64,000 bases of DNA from positions 1 to 64,000 of the IMG/VR virus record IMGVR_UViG_3300005841_000001. One strand, 5' to 3'. The translations under genes and the position numbers were made by a program. The first letter of the stretch is position 1. Each line of letters starts with the position of its first letter. This document shows positions 55,263 through 62,614 of this stretch, piece after piece. Source of the DNA: a virus. Below the pieces are notes generated by a model that saw only the letters and a list, made by a program, of their open reading frames with translations, had not been told where the DNA came from and did no database searches.

Positions 55263-55291
55263 AGTCTAGCCGAGCTACCGTGGTGAGGTTC
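55263..55291 (-). promoter_or_regulatory. operator-promoter element 19 (weak -35)
   Basis: CACGGTAGCTCGGC-TAGACT. Confidence 0.55.
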
Positions 55292-55324
55292 CGACCCGGC
55301 CATCACCCGGAAAGGGCAAGACTC

Positions 55325-55594
55325 ATGTACGGCTATCCCAGCGTTTACAAGGACCAATTCGGCAAGAACTGGATCGCGGACTATTGCGGTGGCACCCGCG
55401 AGAACCCCAGTGGCCCGCTCGGGCGCGAGGGTTTCACCAACTTCGGGGCCGCGGTCGAGGCGGCGGACACTTACGCCCGCCGGGAGCGCGGCCTGTATCA
55501 CGTGCGACTCCAGGAGACCTACGCCGCCGAGCGGGTCGAGGAGGTCCACAAACGGGCCGCCGACAACCGCGGTCGGCGTTTGGTTTCCGCGTGA
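55325..55594 (+). CDS. hypothetical protein
   Basis: GGAAAGG RBS. Confidence 0.65.
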   Translation: MYGYPSVYKDQFGKNWIADYCGGTRENPSGPLGREGFTNFGAAVEAADTYARRERGLYHVRLQETYAAERVEEVHKRAADNRGRRLVSA

Positions 55595-55821
55595 GCAACC
55601 GGCGCACCCTCAAGCTCGAGGCGAAGCCGATCTTGGACTCGCGTGCGTTCATCGGGATGGCCAGTCGGCACGGCCAGTTCGTCTGCACCTGTGGACACCC
55701 GGCCGGTCACCTGCACCCCGAGGACGCGATCACCTGCGTGGGCGTCATGGCGGCCGAGCTCACGGTGGACGTCCGCAAGGCCTTGACGCGCCTAGCTAAC
55801 TCGGCTAGTCTCGCAGGATGA
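55591..55821 (+). CDS. small Zn-binding hypothetical protein
   Basis: GTGA overlap; CTCGH...H...C. Confidence 0.55.
   Translation: MSNRRTLKLEAKPILDSRAFIGMASRHGQFVCTCGHPAGHLHPEDAITCVGVMAAELTVDVRKALTRLANSASLAG
55783..55811 (+). promoter_or_regulatory. operator-promoter element 20
   Basis: TTGACG-CGCCTAGCTAACTCGGC-TAGTCT. Confidence 0.85.
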
Positions 55822-56285
55822 CCACCATACCGCTCACCCCCGCCATGTACGCCATGTTGGCGCGCGCCGGCGCCCGGCCGGACGGCAGCATCGAGACCAG
55901 GAAGCAGACCGCCGACGCCTTGCGCGTACGCGGCCTGGCCGTGGTCACGCTGCTGTCGTCAGGCCGGGTCGGCGTCACCCTGACCGCCCTCGGTCGGCAC
56001 CGGCTCAAGGAGGCCGAAGCCGAGGAGGCCGCCGCGCCGCGTCCGCTCGTTACGTGGACATCCGGGCGCTACGGCACGCTCACCGGCACCGTGGGCACTG
56101 TCGACGTCTTCTCGATCGCCCGGAGCACCAGCACGAGCAACCCCGGCTTTTACCTCGACAGCCGGCTGTTCGTCACCTCTCGCGAGCTCCACCGCGACGA
56201 GACCGCGGCGAAAGACACCGCCGAGGTCAACTTCCGGGCGTGGATCGCCGAACTCGGGCTCCAGCCCATCCCTGGCGGTGCGTGA
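55818..56285 (+). CDS. winged-helix-like hypothetical protein (leaderless)
   Basis: T-x-x-AL-x-x-RGL...LT-x-LG. Confidence 0.7.
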   Translation: MTTIPLTPAMYAMLARAGARPDGSIETRKQTADALRVRGLAVVTLLSSGRVGVTLTALGRHRLKEAEAEEAAAPRPLVTWTSGRYGTLTGTVGTVDVFSIARSTSTSNPGFYLDSRLFVTSRELHRDETAAKDTAEVNFRAWIAELGLQPIPGGA

Positions 56286-56581
56286 TGCAGGCGATTCCGA
56301 CACCCGAGGTGCCGGCGGAGCTCGACCCGGTGCTGAATCGGCCCGAGGTCGGCGAGCCCTGCTACGTGATCGGCAGGCCGTCCGTCGACGCGCGACTGGT
56401 CGAACTGGCCGGCCCGATGGGCGCCGAGTGGACGCATGGCACCGCGACGCTCACCTGGACCGTTCCGGGCGAGTCCGCGCCGCGTCTGCGATGCTTCCGC
56501 GCGAGCCTCGTCACGTCGTCGCTGAAGGTCGCTACGACGCCGGCGCTCGAGCTCCGGCGGTACGGCTGGAACCTCCCCTAA
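56285..56581 (+). CDS. hypothetical protein
   Basis: TGATG coupling. Confidence 0.6.
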   Translation: MQAIPTPEVPAELDPVLNRPEVGEPCYVIGRPSVDARLVELAGPMGAEWTHGTATLTWTVPGESAPRLRCFRASLVTSSLKVATTPALELRRYGWNLP

Positions 56582-56588
56582 ACAGCTG

Positions 56589-56617
56589 TTGACAAGCCGA
56601 GTAAACACGGCTAGTTT
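56589..56617 (+). promoter_or_regulatory. operator-promoter element 21 (drives the RNA cluster)
   Basis: TTGACA-AGCCGAGTAAACACGGC-TAGTTT. Confidence 0.85.
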
Positions 56618-56665
56618 CGAAGACGTCGGGCCTCGGACCCTCCCCCCTCGCCGGGGCCCGCGTAC

Positions 56666-56737
56666 GGCGCACTGGTCCAGCGGAACGGACACCCGGTTCT
56701 CACCCGGGAGACTCGAGTTCGACTCTCGGGTGCGCTA
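56666..56737 (+). tRNA. tRNA-Glu(CTC)
   Basis: Acceptor GGCGCAC/GTGCGCT, D stem GTCC/GGAC, anticodon stem CCCGG/CCGGG with loop TT-CTC-AC, T loop TTCGACT; CCA not encoded. Confidence 0.88.
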
Positions 56738-56908
56738 CGCAAGTGATCCCCGGTCAAGCGTGTCGGACTGCAAACTTCGGGGCAGGCCGACTGCGGGATT
56801 GGATCACAGGACGGGAGAAATACCGGGCAGAGCTCCCGCCCTTACCCTGGTGCGGTCTGGACCACCGCCTCTAACGACCAGGGCTCGACAGTCAGCGGGA
56901 ACGGTCCA

Positions 56909-56993
56909 GGCGAGAAGCCCGGGCGCTGGTGGGTGGACCCACCCCCCTAGTGCGACCGGCGGTTCAATTCCGCACGGCGCCCGGCTTCTCGCC
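56909..56993 (+). ncRNA. tRNA-like element (T arm plus extended acceptor stem, no anticodon arm)
   Basis: GGCGAGAAGCC-C-GGGCGCTG...GCGG-TTCAATT-CCGC-A-CGGCGCCC-GGCTTCTCGCC. Confidence 0.5.
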
Positions 56994-57309
56994 CCACAAT
57001 TTCGAGTTCCGAGGATGATCACCGCTGACCGGCCTCATCAACCGGAAAGTGCCGGGCGCAAGCCAGGGCAGGGACTCACGTAAACCCCCCGGCGCCCGGC
57101 CGGGTTGAGAACGAACCGGGCGCGCCGTGGTGATGAGCCCGGCGCAGGCTGGCAGCATCCCAGGAAACGGGCGTGGTGCCGTCGGCCAGGAACTACATGA
57201 CCCGGCGTGCGGCATGCACACCGACGCCTCCGACGCCCCGAGACGTCAGCCTCGGCCGCCAGGCCCCGGGTCCGGTTCCGTCCCGCATTGACACGAGGAG
57301 GAGATCACG

Positions 57310-57465
57310 ATGTCCGCACCCGACAAGGGGGCCGCCAAGGACGGCAGCTCGCTCGCCGAGACCGTCTCGAAGAACCTCGAGGCGAGGGGCGTGCACGGCG
57401 CCACCGGCAACACCCGGACCAACGCCACCGGCACGCGGAACACTGCCGGCAACCCCCGTCGGTAG
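57310..57465 (+). CDS. 51-aa low-complexity peptide (not in the ORF track)
   Basis: GAGGAGGAG RBS; MSAPDKGAAKDG...NPRR*. Confidence 0.6.
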   Translation: MSAPDKGAAKDGSSLAETVSKNLEARGVHGATGNTRTNATGTRNTAGNPRR

Positions 57466-57570
57466 AACCCAGGACTCCCGGGCGCGGCTATCGGACGGAG
57501 CTGCCCCTGCGGCTCTGGCCGGCGTCCCGATCGCCGGCGGGTTGCGACCTTCCAGGGCGGCCCGGGAAAC

Positions 57571-57604
57571 GAAAGCCCCCACGGCGAGCACCGTGGGGGC
57601 TTTC
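57571..57604 (+). terminator. intrinsic terminator
   Basis: GAAAGCCCCCACGG-CGAGCA-CCGTGGGGGCTTTC. Confidence 0.8.
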
Positions 57605-57637
57605 TCATGCCGCTGAAATGTCAACGTTGTCGGGAGT

Positions 57638-57666
57638 GTTCGTTGCCGAGCCACGTCGGTTAGTCT
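57638..57666 (+). promoter_or_regulatory. operator-promoter element 22 (weak -35)
   Basis: TGCCGAGCCACGTCGGT-TAGTCT-6 nt-GTG. Confidence 0.65.
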
Positions 57667-57672
57667 CATCCG

Positions 57673-57942
57673 GTGAACCACTGGCTACCGTGGTTGCTCG
57701 CGATGGGCAACCTTTCGTCGATCTTTCTCACCGGCCGCGGCAAGCTCGCCGGCTTCGTTGTGTTGGTGCCTACGCAGCTCGTGTTCGCGGGCTACGCCGC
57801 CTACACAGATCAACTCGGGTTTGTGCTACAGGGAGTAGCAATGGCGTCCATGGCGGGCGTCGGTTGGTATAAATGGGTGAACGATGGCGTCCATCGGGAT
57901 GGCCGCCAACCCCGTGAAAAAGTATCGCCGGCAACCGAGTAG
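57673..57942 (+). CDS. 3-TM membrane protein, PnuC-like half transporter (leaderless)
   Basis: Three TM segments; G[FW]...Q...GW-x-x-W pattern. Confidence 0.55.
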   Translation: MNHWLPWLLAMGNLSSIFLTGRGKLAGFVVLVPTQLVFAGYAAYTDQLGFVLQGVAMASMAGVGWYKWVNDGVHRDGRQPREKVSPATE

Positions 57943-57977
57943 TTCCGGCTTGACAAACCCCTGGTCATACTGGAGCG

Positions 57978-58013
57978 GGGACCCCGGCTTGGTGATGGCA
58001 GGCCGGGGTTCCC
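57978..58013 (+). terminator. hairpin terminator
   Basis: GGGACCCCGGCTTG...CAGGCCGGGGTTCCC. Confidence 0.6.
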
Positions 58014-58100
58014 TTATGCGCCGGCCGGGGGCTGGGGCGGTGCTCCAGCGTGATCGTATCGGCGTACGGGTCGTTCAACGAGCAGGCTCACCGAAAGGTG

Positions 58101-58129
58101 TTGACGCTCCGAGCTAACTCGGCTAGTCT
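58101..58129 (+). promoter_or_regulatory. operator-promoter element 23
   Basis: TTGACG-CTCCGAGCTAACTCGGC-TAGTCT. Confidence 0.9.
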
Positions 58130-58155
58130 AGGGTTATCCGAATGAGGAGGACCCC

Positions 58156-58389
58156 ATGGCCAGGATCAAGACTCCCGCCGGAAGTCGCCGGGGTAGCCCG
58201 CGAGTGGGCGACGTTGTGCTCATCGCTCATCTGGACGGTTCGGGTTACACCCGCACCCTGGTCACCCGCGTCGCCGTGCGACAGGTCAAGATCGGCGATT
58301 TCGTCAGCGAGCGCTACGCGATTGACACGGCCGCGTTCGGTTTCGACGGATACCGCTCCCGGGGTGACTTCTACCTCCTTGCGGCATGA
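58156..58389 (+). CDS. hypothetical protein
   Basis: GAGGAGG RBS. Confidence 0.7.
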   Translation: MARIKTPAGSRRGSPRVGDVVLIAHLDGSGYTRTLVTRVAVRQVKIGDFVSERYAIDTAAFGFDGYRSRGDFYLLAA

Positions 58390-58679
58390 CCGATCTCCCC
58401 TTGCTTCCCACCACGATCACCCGGCTCCACGAAGCGATGGAGCCTGGGTTTGTCCGGGTGCCGGAAATCGCGCCCGGTTGGTTCGTGATCGGTCCGGAAC
58501 GCGCGGTGGTCCCCGGTTACCCGTGCCGCGTCTACCGCTGGACCACGCACGACTACGTCACGGTCGAACTGGACCGGCTCGTGGCCGCGCGGGTCGTCGA
58601 GCACAAACCAGGCAGTCGGTACGGGACCGGTCGGCAACGCTACGTACTCGCCTCGATCAAGATCAGCAAGAAAAGCTGA
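58386..58679 (+). CDS. hypothetical protein
   Basis: ATGA overlap. Confidence 0.65.
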   Translation: MTDLPLLPTTITRLHEAMEPGFVRVPEIAPGWFVIGPERAVVPGYPCRVYRWTTHDYVTVELDRLVAARVVEHKPGSRYGTGRQRYVLASIKISKKS

Positions 58680-58692
58680 GAGGAAGATCATC

Positions 58693-59115
58693 ATGGGTTA
58701 CGACACCAAGATCTACGGCGAGATCACGATCACGCCGCCGCTGCCCTACGGCAAGATCAAAAACTCGCCGTTCCGCTCGATCAGCCGCGAGGACACAACG
58801 CTCATGTTCGACGAGGACTCGCATGTCGAGGACACCGAAGAGGGCACGCTGAGCAAGACCAGCGCGGTCGGGATCAAGATCCGTTACGACGAGACCGGCC
58901 GGCACTACGGGATCGACACCGAACTGACCAAGATCGTCGACGCCTTCCCGGACCACGAGTTCGAGGGCAGTTTCGTCTCCGTGGGCGCGGACCCCGGCGA
59001 CATCCGTCGCGTGCGCGTCGAGCGGGTCGCCGGCCCTGGCCGCGGGATGAGCCGCCGCGTGGTCGAGGAGAAGGCAGAGCTGCACTGGCCGGACGGCACC
59101 AAGGTCGAGTTCTAG
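58693..59115 (+). CDS. hypothetical protein
   Basis: GAGG RBS; MGY-x-T-x-x-x-G-x-I-x-I-x-PPL pattern. Confidence 0.75.
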   Translation: MGYDTKIYGEITITPPLPYGKIKNSPFRSISREDTTLMFDEDSHVEDTEEGTLSKTSAVGIKIRYDETGRHYGIDTELTKIVDAFPDHEFEGSFVSVGADPGDIRRVRVERVAGPGRGMSRRVVEEKAELHWPDGTKVEF

Positions 59116-59216
59116 GTCCGTCGTCGACGTTCTAGGCCCCCATGACGTCGCACCCCCCACGGTTGTTCGGGCTACCAGCCAGTATTCACCCGTTTGGGGG
59201 GGTGTGGGATTCAGGC

Positions 59217-59245
59217 TAGACAAGCCGAGTTAACTCGGCTAGACT
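59217..59245 (+). promoter_or_regulatory. operator-promoter element 24
   Basis: TAGACA-AGCCGAGTTAACTCGGC-TAGACT. Confidence 0.88.
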
Positions 59246-59251
59246 AGGTTC

Positions 59252-59971
59252 ATGACCGAGACGCAGAAGCCCCTCGCCCAGCAGACGCCCCGCGAGATCG
59301 ACGAGCAGCTGGCCACCTTGGACGGCGCCTACCTCGCGATGTCCGACAAGCGCAAGGCCAAGATCGAGTTCGCCCACAGCCTCAACGGCGAGCGCGCCCG
59401 CTACGTCGGCCGCCGCCGCAAGGAGTGGCCGACCACCACCGACGAGGTGCTAGAGCAGCTGGCCCTCAAGCTGGCCGACGAGAAGATTCCGGCCTACGAC
59501 GTCGCCAAGGTCACCGAGCTGATCGAGACCGTCGACGGTCTGGCTCGCGAGATGCGCGCCAACCGCGAGGCCTGCGAACCGCTGGACGCCGAGTACGACC
59601 GCCGCCACTGGGCCCGGTTCTTCCAGGTCGAGGACGGACACATCCACTCCGGGATGCGTTGCCAGGGCGGTTCGATCCGGGTCACCACTCGCGTGGGGTG
59701 GCGGCCCGAGCTGTCCGACAAGGACGTGACCGAGGCCGTCGCCGCCCTTGGGCCGACGCTGTGCACGAAGTGCTTCCCCTCGGCGCCGGTCGAGTACACC
59801 CGGGGCCCGGAGAAGAAGCTGACGCCGGGCTACTGCGGCGGCCAGGGCAAGCTGGGCGTCGAGCTCCAGATGCGGTACGCGAGCCCGCGCGGGAAGTGCC
59901 CGGACTGCGGGCAGCGCGTCGGCGTGACGAGCCTCGGGAAGGTGCGCCGGCACAAGCTGCCCACCGCGTGA
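59252..59971 (+). CDS. conserved actinophage Zn-binding protein (leaderless)
   Basis: W-x-RFF-x-V...GHIH...C...W-x-PELS...LCT-x-CFPSAPV. Confidence 0.8.
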   Translation: MTETQKPLAQQTPREIDEQLATLDGAYLAMSDKRKAKIEFAHSLNGERARYVGRRRKEWPTTTDEVLEQLALKLADEKIPAYDVAKVTELIETVDGLAREMRANREACEPLDAEYDRRHWARFFQVEDGHIHSGMRCQGGSIRVTTRVGWRPELSDKDVTEAVAALGPTLCTKCFPSAPVEYTRGPEKKLTPGYCGGQGKLGVELQMRYASPRGKCPDCGQRVGVTSLGKVRRHKLPTA

Positions 59972-59978
59972 CCGACCG

Positions 59979-60010
59979 CTCAGGATCCCCTCAAATGAGG
60001 GGATTCTGAG
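59979..60010 (+). terminator. hairpin directly before element 25
   Basis: CTCAGGATCCCCTCA-AA-TGAGGGGATTCTGAG. Confidence 0.65.
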
Positions 60011-60011
60011 C

Positions 60012-60040
60012 TTGCGTAGCCGAGCTAACTCGGCTAGACT
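60012..60040 (+). promoter_or_regulatory. operator-promoter element 25
   Basis: TTGCGT-AGCCGAGCTAACTCGGC-TAGACT. Confidence 0.88.
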
Positions 60041-60046
60041 CGACTC

Positions 60047-60256
60047 ATGGTCCAGATCAGTGAGTACGGCGAGCACCCGGTCTTCAGCACGAAGTGCATC
60101 CCCTGCGGGCGCTCGATCGGGCTGTGTCGGAACGAGGACGGCGAACCGGTGTACGTGGACGACCTCGGTCGCACGCTTTGCCCGGACCCGGAGCAGGACG
60201 GCGAACTGTTCATCCACGAGCCGACCAACCACGTGTTCCCCCGCGACTTGGTCTAG
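60047..60256 (+). CDS. small Zn-binding hypothetical protein (leaderless)
   Basis: CxxC...C...H-x-P. Confidence 0.7.
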   Translation: MVQISEYGEHPVFSTKCIPCGRSIGLCRNEDGEPVYVDDLGRTLCPDPEQDGELFIHEPTNHVFPRDLV

Positions 60257-60341
60257 ACCATGCCTGTTCGAATCCACTGCGCGACCTGCGGGGGCGACCC
60301 TCACGCAGGCCCGTGCCGACGCACCGGAGGAGGTGCCCACG

Positions 60342-60584
60342 ATGAAGATCGATTTCGATTGGCTGGAGTTCGCGCTGTGCCGGGGCGCCGACCCGGGGCT
60401 GTTCGACGCGCTCGACGGCACGCGCGACCAGGCCCGCGCCCTCGGCATCTGTGCCGAGTGCCCGGTCCGTTCCGAGTGCCTCGGCGCCGCGCTGCTCGAG
60501 GGCGACGACACGACCGTGCGTGGCGGCCTCACCCCGGAGCAGCGGCGCATAATCCGCCGGCGCGCCCATGTGCGTGCGGCTTGA
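60342..60584 (+). CDS. WhiB-family transcription factor
   Basis: W-x-x-x-ALC...DP-x-LF...A-x-x-IC-x-x-CPV-x-x-EC...V-x-GGLT-x-x-QR; GGAGG RBS. Confidence 0.88.
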   Translation: MKIDFDWLEFALCRGADPGLFDALDGTRDQARALGICAECPVRSECLGAALLEGDDTTVRGGLTPEQRRIIRRRAHVRAA

Positions 60585-60645
60585 CCTCGAGCCGGCCGGC
60601 CCCGCACCTGGCCGGCTCGAGCTGCTCCCCCCGAGAGAAGGCTTC

Positions 60646-60927
60646 ATGATCAACGTCCGGAGGTTGTTGTTGCGTCCCCGTCTGCCCGAGCCCGAGATCC
60701 CTGGTGCGCACTCCGCCACCCCCGACCGACCGGCCGGCTTCCGCTGGCTCGCCGGCATCGCCCTGAAGGGCCAGGATGTCGCCTCGTTCTTCGTGCCTTT
60801 CTCGTGGCTGCTGCACCGCTCTGACAACGTGCTGCTTCGCCGGCAGGAGCAGCTTCACCGCGCCACCGCCTACGGCGTTGTGCCGGCGGAGCTCGCTGCT
60901 TCGGTGGTCTCTGCTCCGATCGAGTGA
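60646..60927 (+). CDS. hypothetical protein
   Basis: GAGAAGG RBS. Confidence 0.5.
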   Translation: MINVRRLLLRPRLPEPEIPGAHSATPDRPAGFRWLAGIALKGQDVASFFVPFSWLLHRSDNVLLRRQEQLHRATAYGVVPAELAASVVSAPIE

Positions 60928-60932
60928 CAAGC

Positions 60933-60961
60933 TAGACAAGCCGAGACAGTTCGGCTAGTCT
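60933..60961 (+). promoter_or_regulatory. operator-promoter element 26
   Basis: TAGACA-AGCCGAGACAGTTCGGC-TAGTCT. Confidence 0.85.
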
Positions 60962-60990
60962 AGCTTTATCACCGAGACGAGGAGCCCGAG

Positions 60991-61443
60991 ATGATCACCG
61001 CGACCTACACCACTCCCGAGATCAAGTTCGCCGACTTCGCCGACTACAACCCCGGCCACGGCACCGAGACCGTACGGGAGACCGTCCTCGGTCTGCGGGA
61101 CGAGTACGCCGCGACCAAGATCAAGACGGTCACTACGCCGGTCGGGCACCAGTTCATCGTCACCGGCCCGATCGTCGACATCGCCCGGCTGGCCGCGCTG
61201 TACAACCAGCGCATCGACGGCAGCACGCTCCCCACCGCCGAGCACTACGAGCACATGCGCACCGTCGAGGCCCGGCAGCTCGGCTGCTGGCTCGACGAGG
61301 GCATGTACGCCCGGGGCAGTGCGCTGCACGTCGCCGCTATGGACGAGCTGCACCTGCGCGCCCTGGACGAGGACGTCGAGCGTTGCCACGGCTGGGCGCT
61401 GGAGGACTACACCGTCGGCAAGAGCGTCTTCCCGGTCCGCTGA
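60991..61443 (+). CDS. hypothetical protein
   Basis: GAGGAG RBS. Confidence 0.75.
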   Translation: MITATYTTPEIKFADFADYNPGHGTETVRETVLGLRDEYAATKIKTVTTPVGHQFIVTGPIVDIARLAALYNQRIDGSTLPTAEHYEHMRTVEARQLGCWLDEGMYARGSALHVAAMDELHLRALDEDVERCHGWALEDYTVGKSVFPVR

Positions 61444-61457
61444 CCTGGGCAAACGCC

Positions 61458-61487
61458 AGCCCCGCCCCACCTCCCCGGGGCGGGGCT
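61458..61487 (+). terminator. hairpin terminator
   Basis: AGCCCCGCCCC...GGGGCGGGGCT. Confidence 0.65.
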
Positions 61488-61518
61488 TGCTCCGTTCGAG
61501 TGAAGCCGCCGTGGGGGC

Positions 61519-61547
61519 TTGTCTAGCCGAGCCTGCTCGGCTAGTCT
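61519..61547 (+). promoter_or_regulatory. operator-promoter element 27
   Basis: TTGTCT-AGCCGAGCCTGCTCGGC-TAGTCT. Confidence 0.88.
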
Positions 61548-61590
61548 AGGTACATCACCACGGAGCACCACCCGAGACCCGGAGGCCAGG

Positions 61591-61872
61591 ATGACCACCA
61601 CGACCACCGCCCAGCACCGTTCCGCCGGCGCCCTCGCCACCGGCCAGATCGCCGACGACATGATCCTGATCCACCACGCGGCCGTCACCTACGGCTACGA
61701 CGACATGGCGCAGGACTACCTCAACCGGTACGACGACGCGATCGCCTACCTGCACACGGACGCCACCCTCGACGCCCAGATCGCCGGGATCAAGCTCACC
61801 CTCGCCGGCCCCGCCGCGGGCCGCTGCCCGAGCCACGGCTACTACCCGCAGGGCCGCTGCGGGATCTGCTGA
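61591..61872 (+). CDS. hypothetical protein with a C-terminal Zn motif
   Basis: GGAGG RBS; C-x-x-H...C-x-x-C. Confidence 0.7.
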   Translation: MTTTTTAQHRSAGALATGQIADDMILIHHAAVTYGYDDMAQDYLNRYDDAIAYLHTDATLDAQIAGIKLTLAGPAAGRCPSHGYYPQGRCGIC

Positions 61873-61879
61873 CCACCTC

Positions 61880-61906
61880 GAGGCCCCGCCCACCGGGCGG
61901 GGCCTC
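61880..61906 (+). terminator. hairpin
   Basis: GAGGCCCCGCCC-ACC-GGGCGGGGCCTC. Confidence 0.55.
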
Positions 61907-61929
61907 GGCCGCTCTTCGAGGAGGACACC

Positions 61930-62151
61930 GTGAACCTGCGCAAGTGGATCAAGGAATTCCGCGAGGACTGGGCCGCCGCCGGTGAGGCCCTCGACCGGGC
62001 GGAGCGCGCCCGTGCGCGGCGTCGCGCGGCCGCGCCCCGGCCGCCCCAGGACGCCACCGCGGCCGCCGCTGGGGGTCTCGCCGCGGCCGCCGGGGCGCAG
62101 GCTGCGCAGGCCGCCGCTTGCCCGCCGGACGCGGGTTGCACTGGGGCTTGA
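61930..62151 (+). CDS. Ala-rich hypothetical protein
   Basis: GAGGAGG RBS; its TGA stop is part of the -35 box of element 28. Confidence 0.6.
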   Translation: MNLRKWIKEFREDWAAAGEALDRAERARARRRAAAPRPPQDATAAAAGGLAAAAGAQAAQAAACPPDAGCTGA

Positions 62152-62176
62152 CGCTCCGAGCTAACTCGGCTAGACT
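62148..62176 (+). promoter_or_regulatory. operator-promoter element 28
   Basis: TTGACG-CTCCGAGCTAACTCGGC-TAGACT. Confidence 0.9.
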
Positions 62177-62205
62177 AGGTCTCACACCGAGCAGGGAGGC
62201 ACCCC

Positions 62206-62559
62206 GTGGACATCACCGCCGCGATCACCGAGTTCCGCAAGCACAACGCCGCCCTCCGGCGGATCGAGCAGCGCACCGGCACCCGCGTCGCCGCCGGGAA
62301 CTGGACCGTCAGCCCGCGCACCCGCGCCGCCGTCGCCCGCCACCGCGACGCCATCGACGACGTCCGGACCGCGCTCGACCTCGCCGGGCACCGCTACCTC
62401 GTGGCCACGCTGGTGATCGAGGCGCAGGAGCGCAGCAACCTCGCGTGGGCACGCCGCGAGCGCCTCGCGTACGAGGTGGCCCGCCTGACCCCGGCGATCG
62501 CGGCCGAGGGCAAGCGCGTCCGGGCCTACGTCCAGAACCACACCCCCGCCGCGGCTTGA
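62206..62559 (+). CDS. hypothetical protein
   Basis: GGAGG RBS; its TGA stop is part of the -35 box of element 29. Confidence 0.7.
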   Translation: MDITAAITEFRKHNAALRRIEQRTGTRVAAGNWTVSPRTRAAVARHRDAIDDVRTALDLAGHRYLVATLVIEAQERSNLAWARRERLAYEVARLTPAIAAEGKRVRAYVQNHTPAAA

Positions 62560-62584
62560 CGCTCCGAGCTAACTCGGCTAGACT
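62556..62584 (+). promoter_or_regulatory. operator-promoter element 29 (identical to 28)
   Basis: TTGACG-CTCCGAGCTAACTCGGC-TAGACT. Confidence 0.9.
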
Positions 62585-62614
62585 CACCTTACCAGCCGGA
62601 ACGAGGAGGGCACC

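Noticed and set aside
57950-57978. TTGACA promoter
   Set aside because: No TANNNT at 16-18 bp spacing
12687-62584. Palindromic repeat as a CRISPR array or integron attC sites
   Set aside because: Copies are hundreds to thousands of bp apart, separated by genes, and carry -35/-10 boxes; there is no cas operon or integrase in the window
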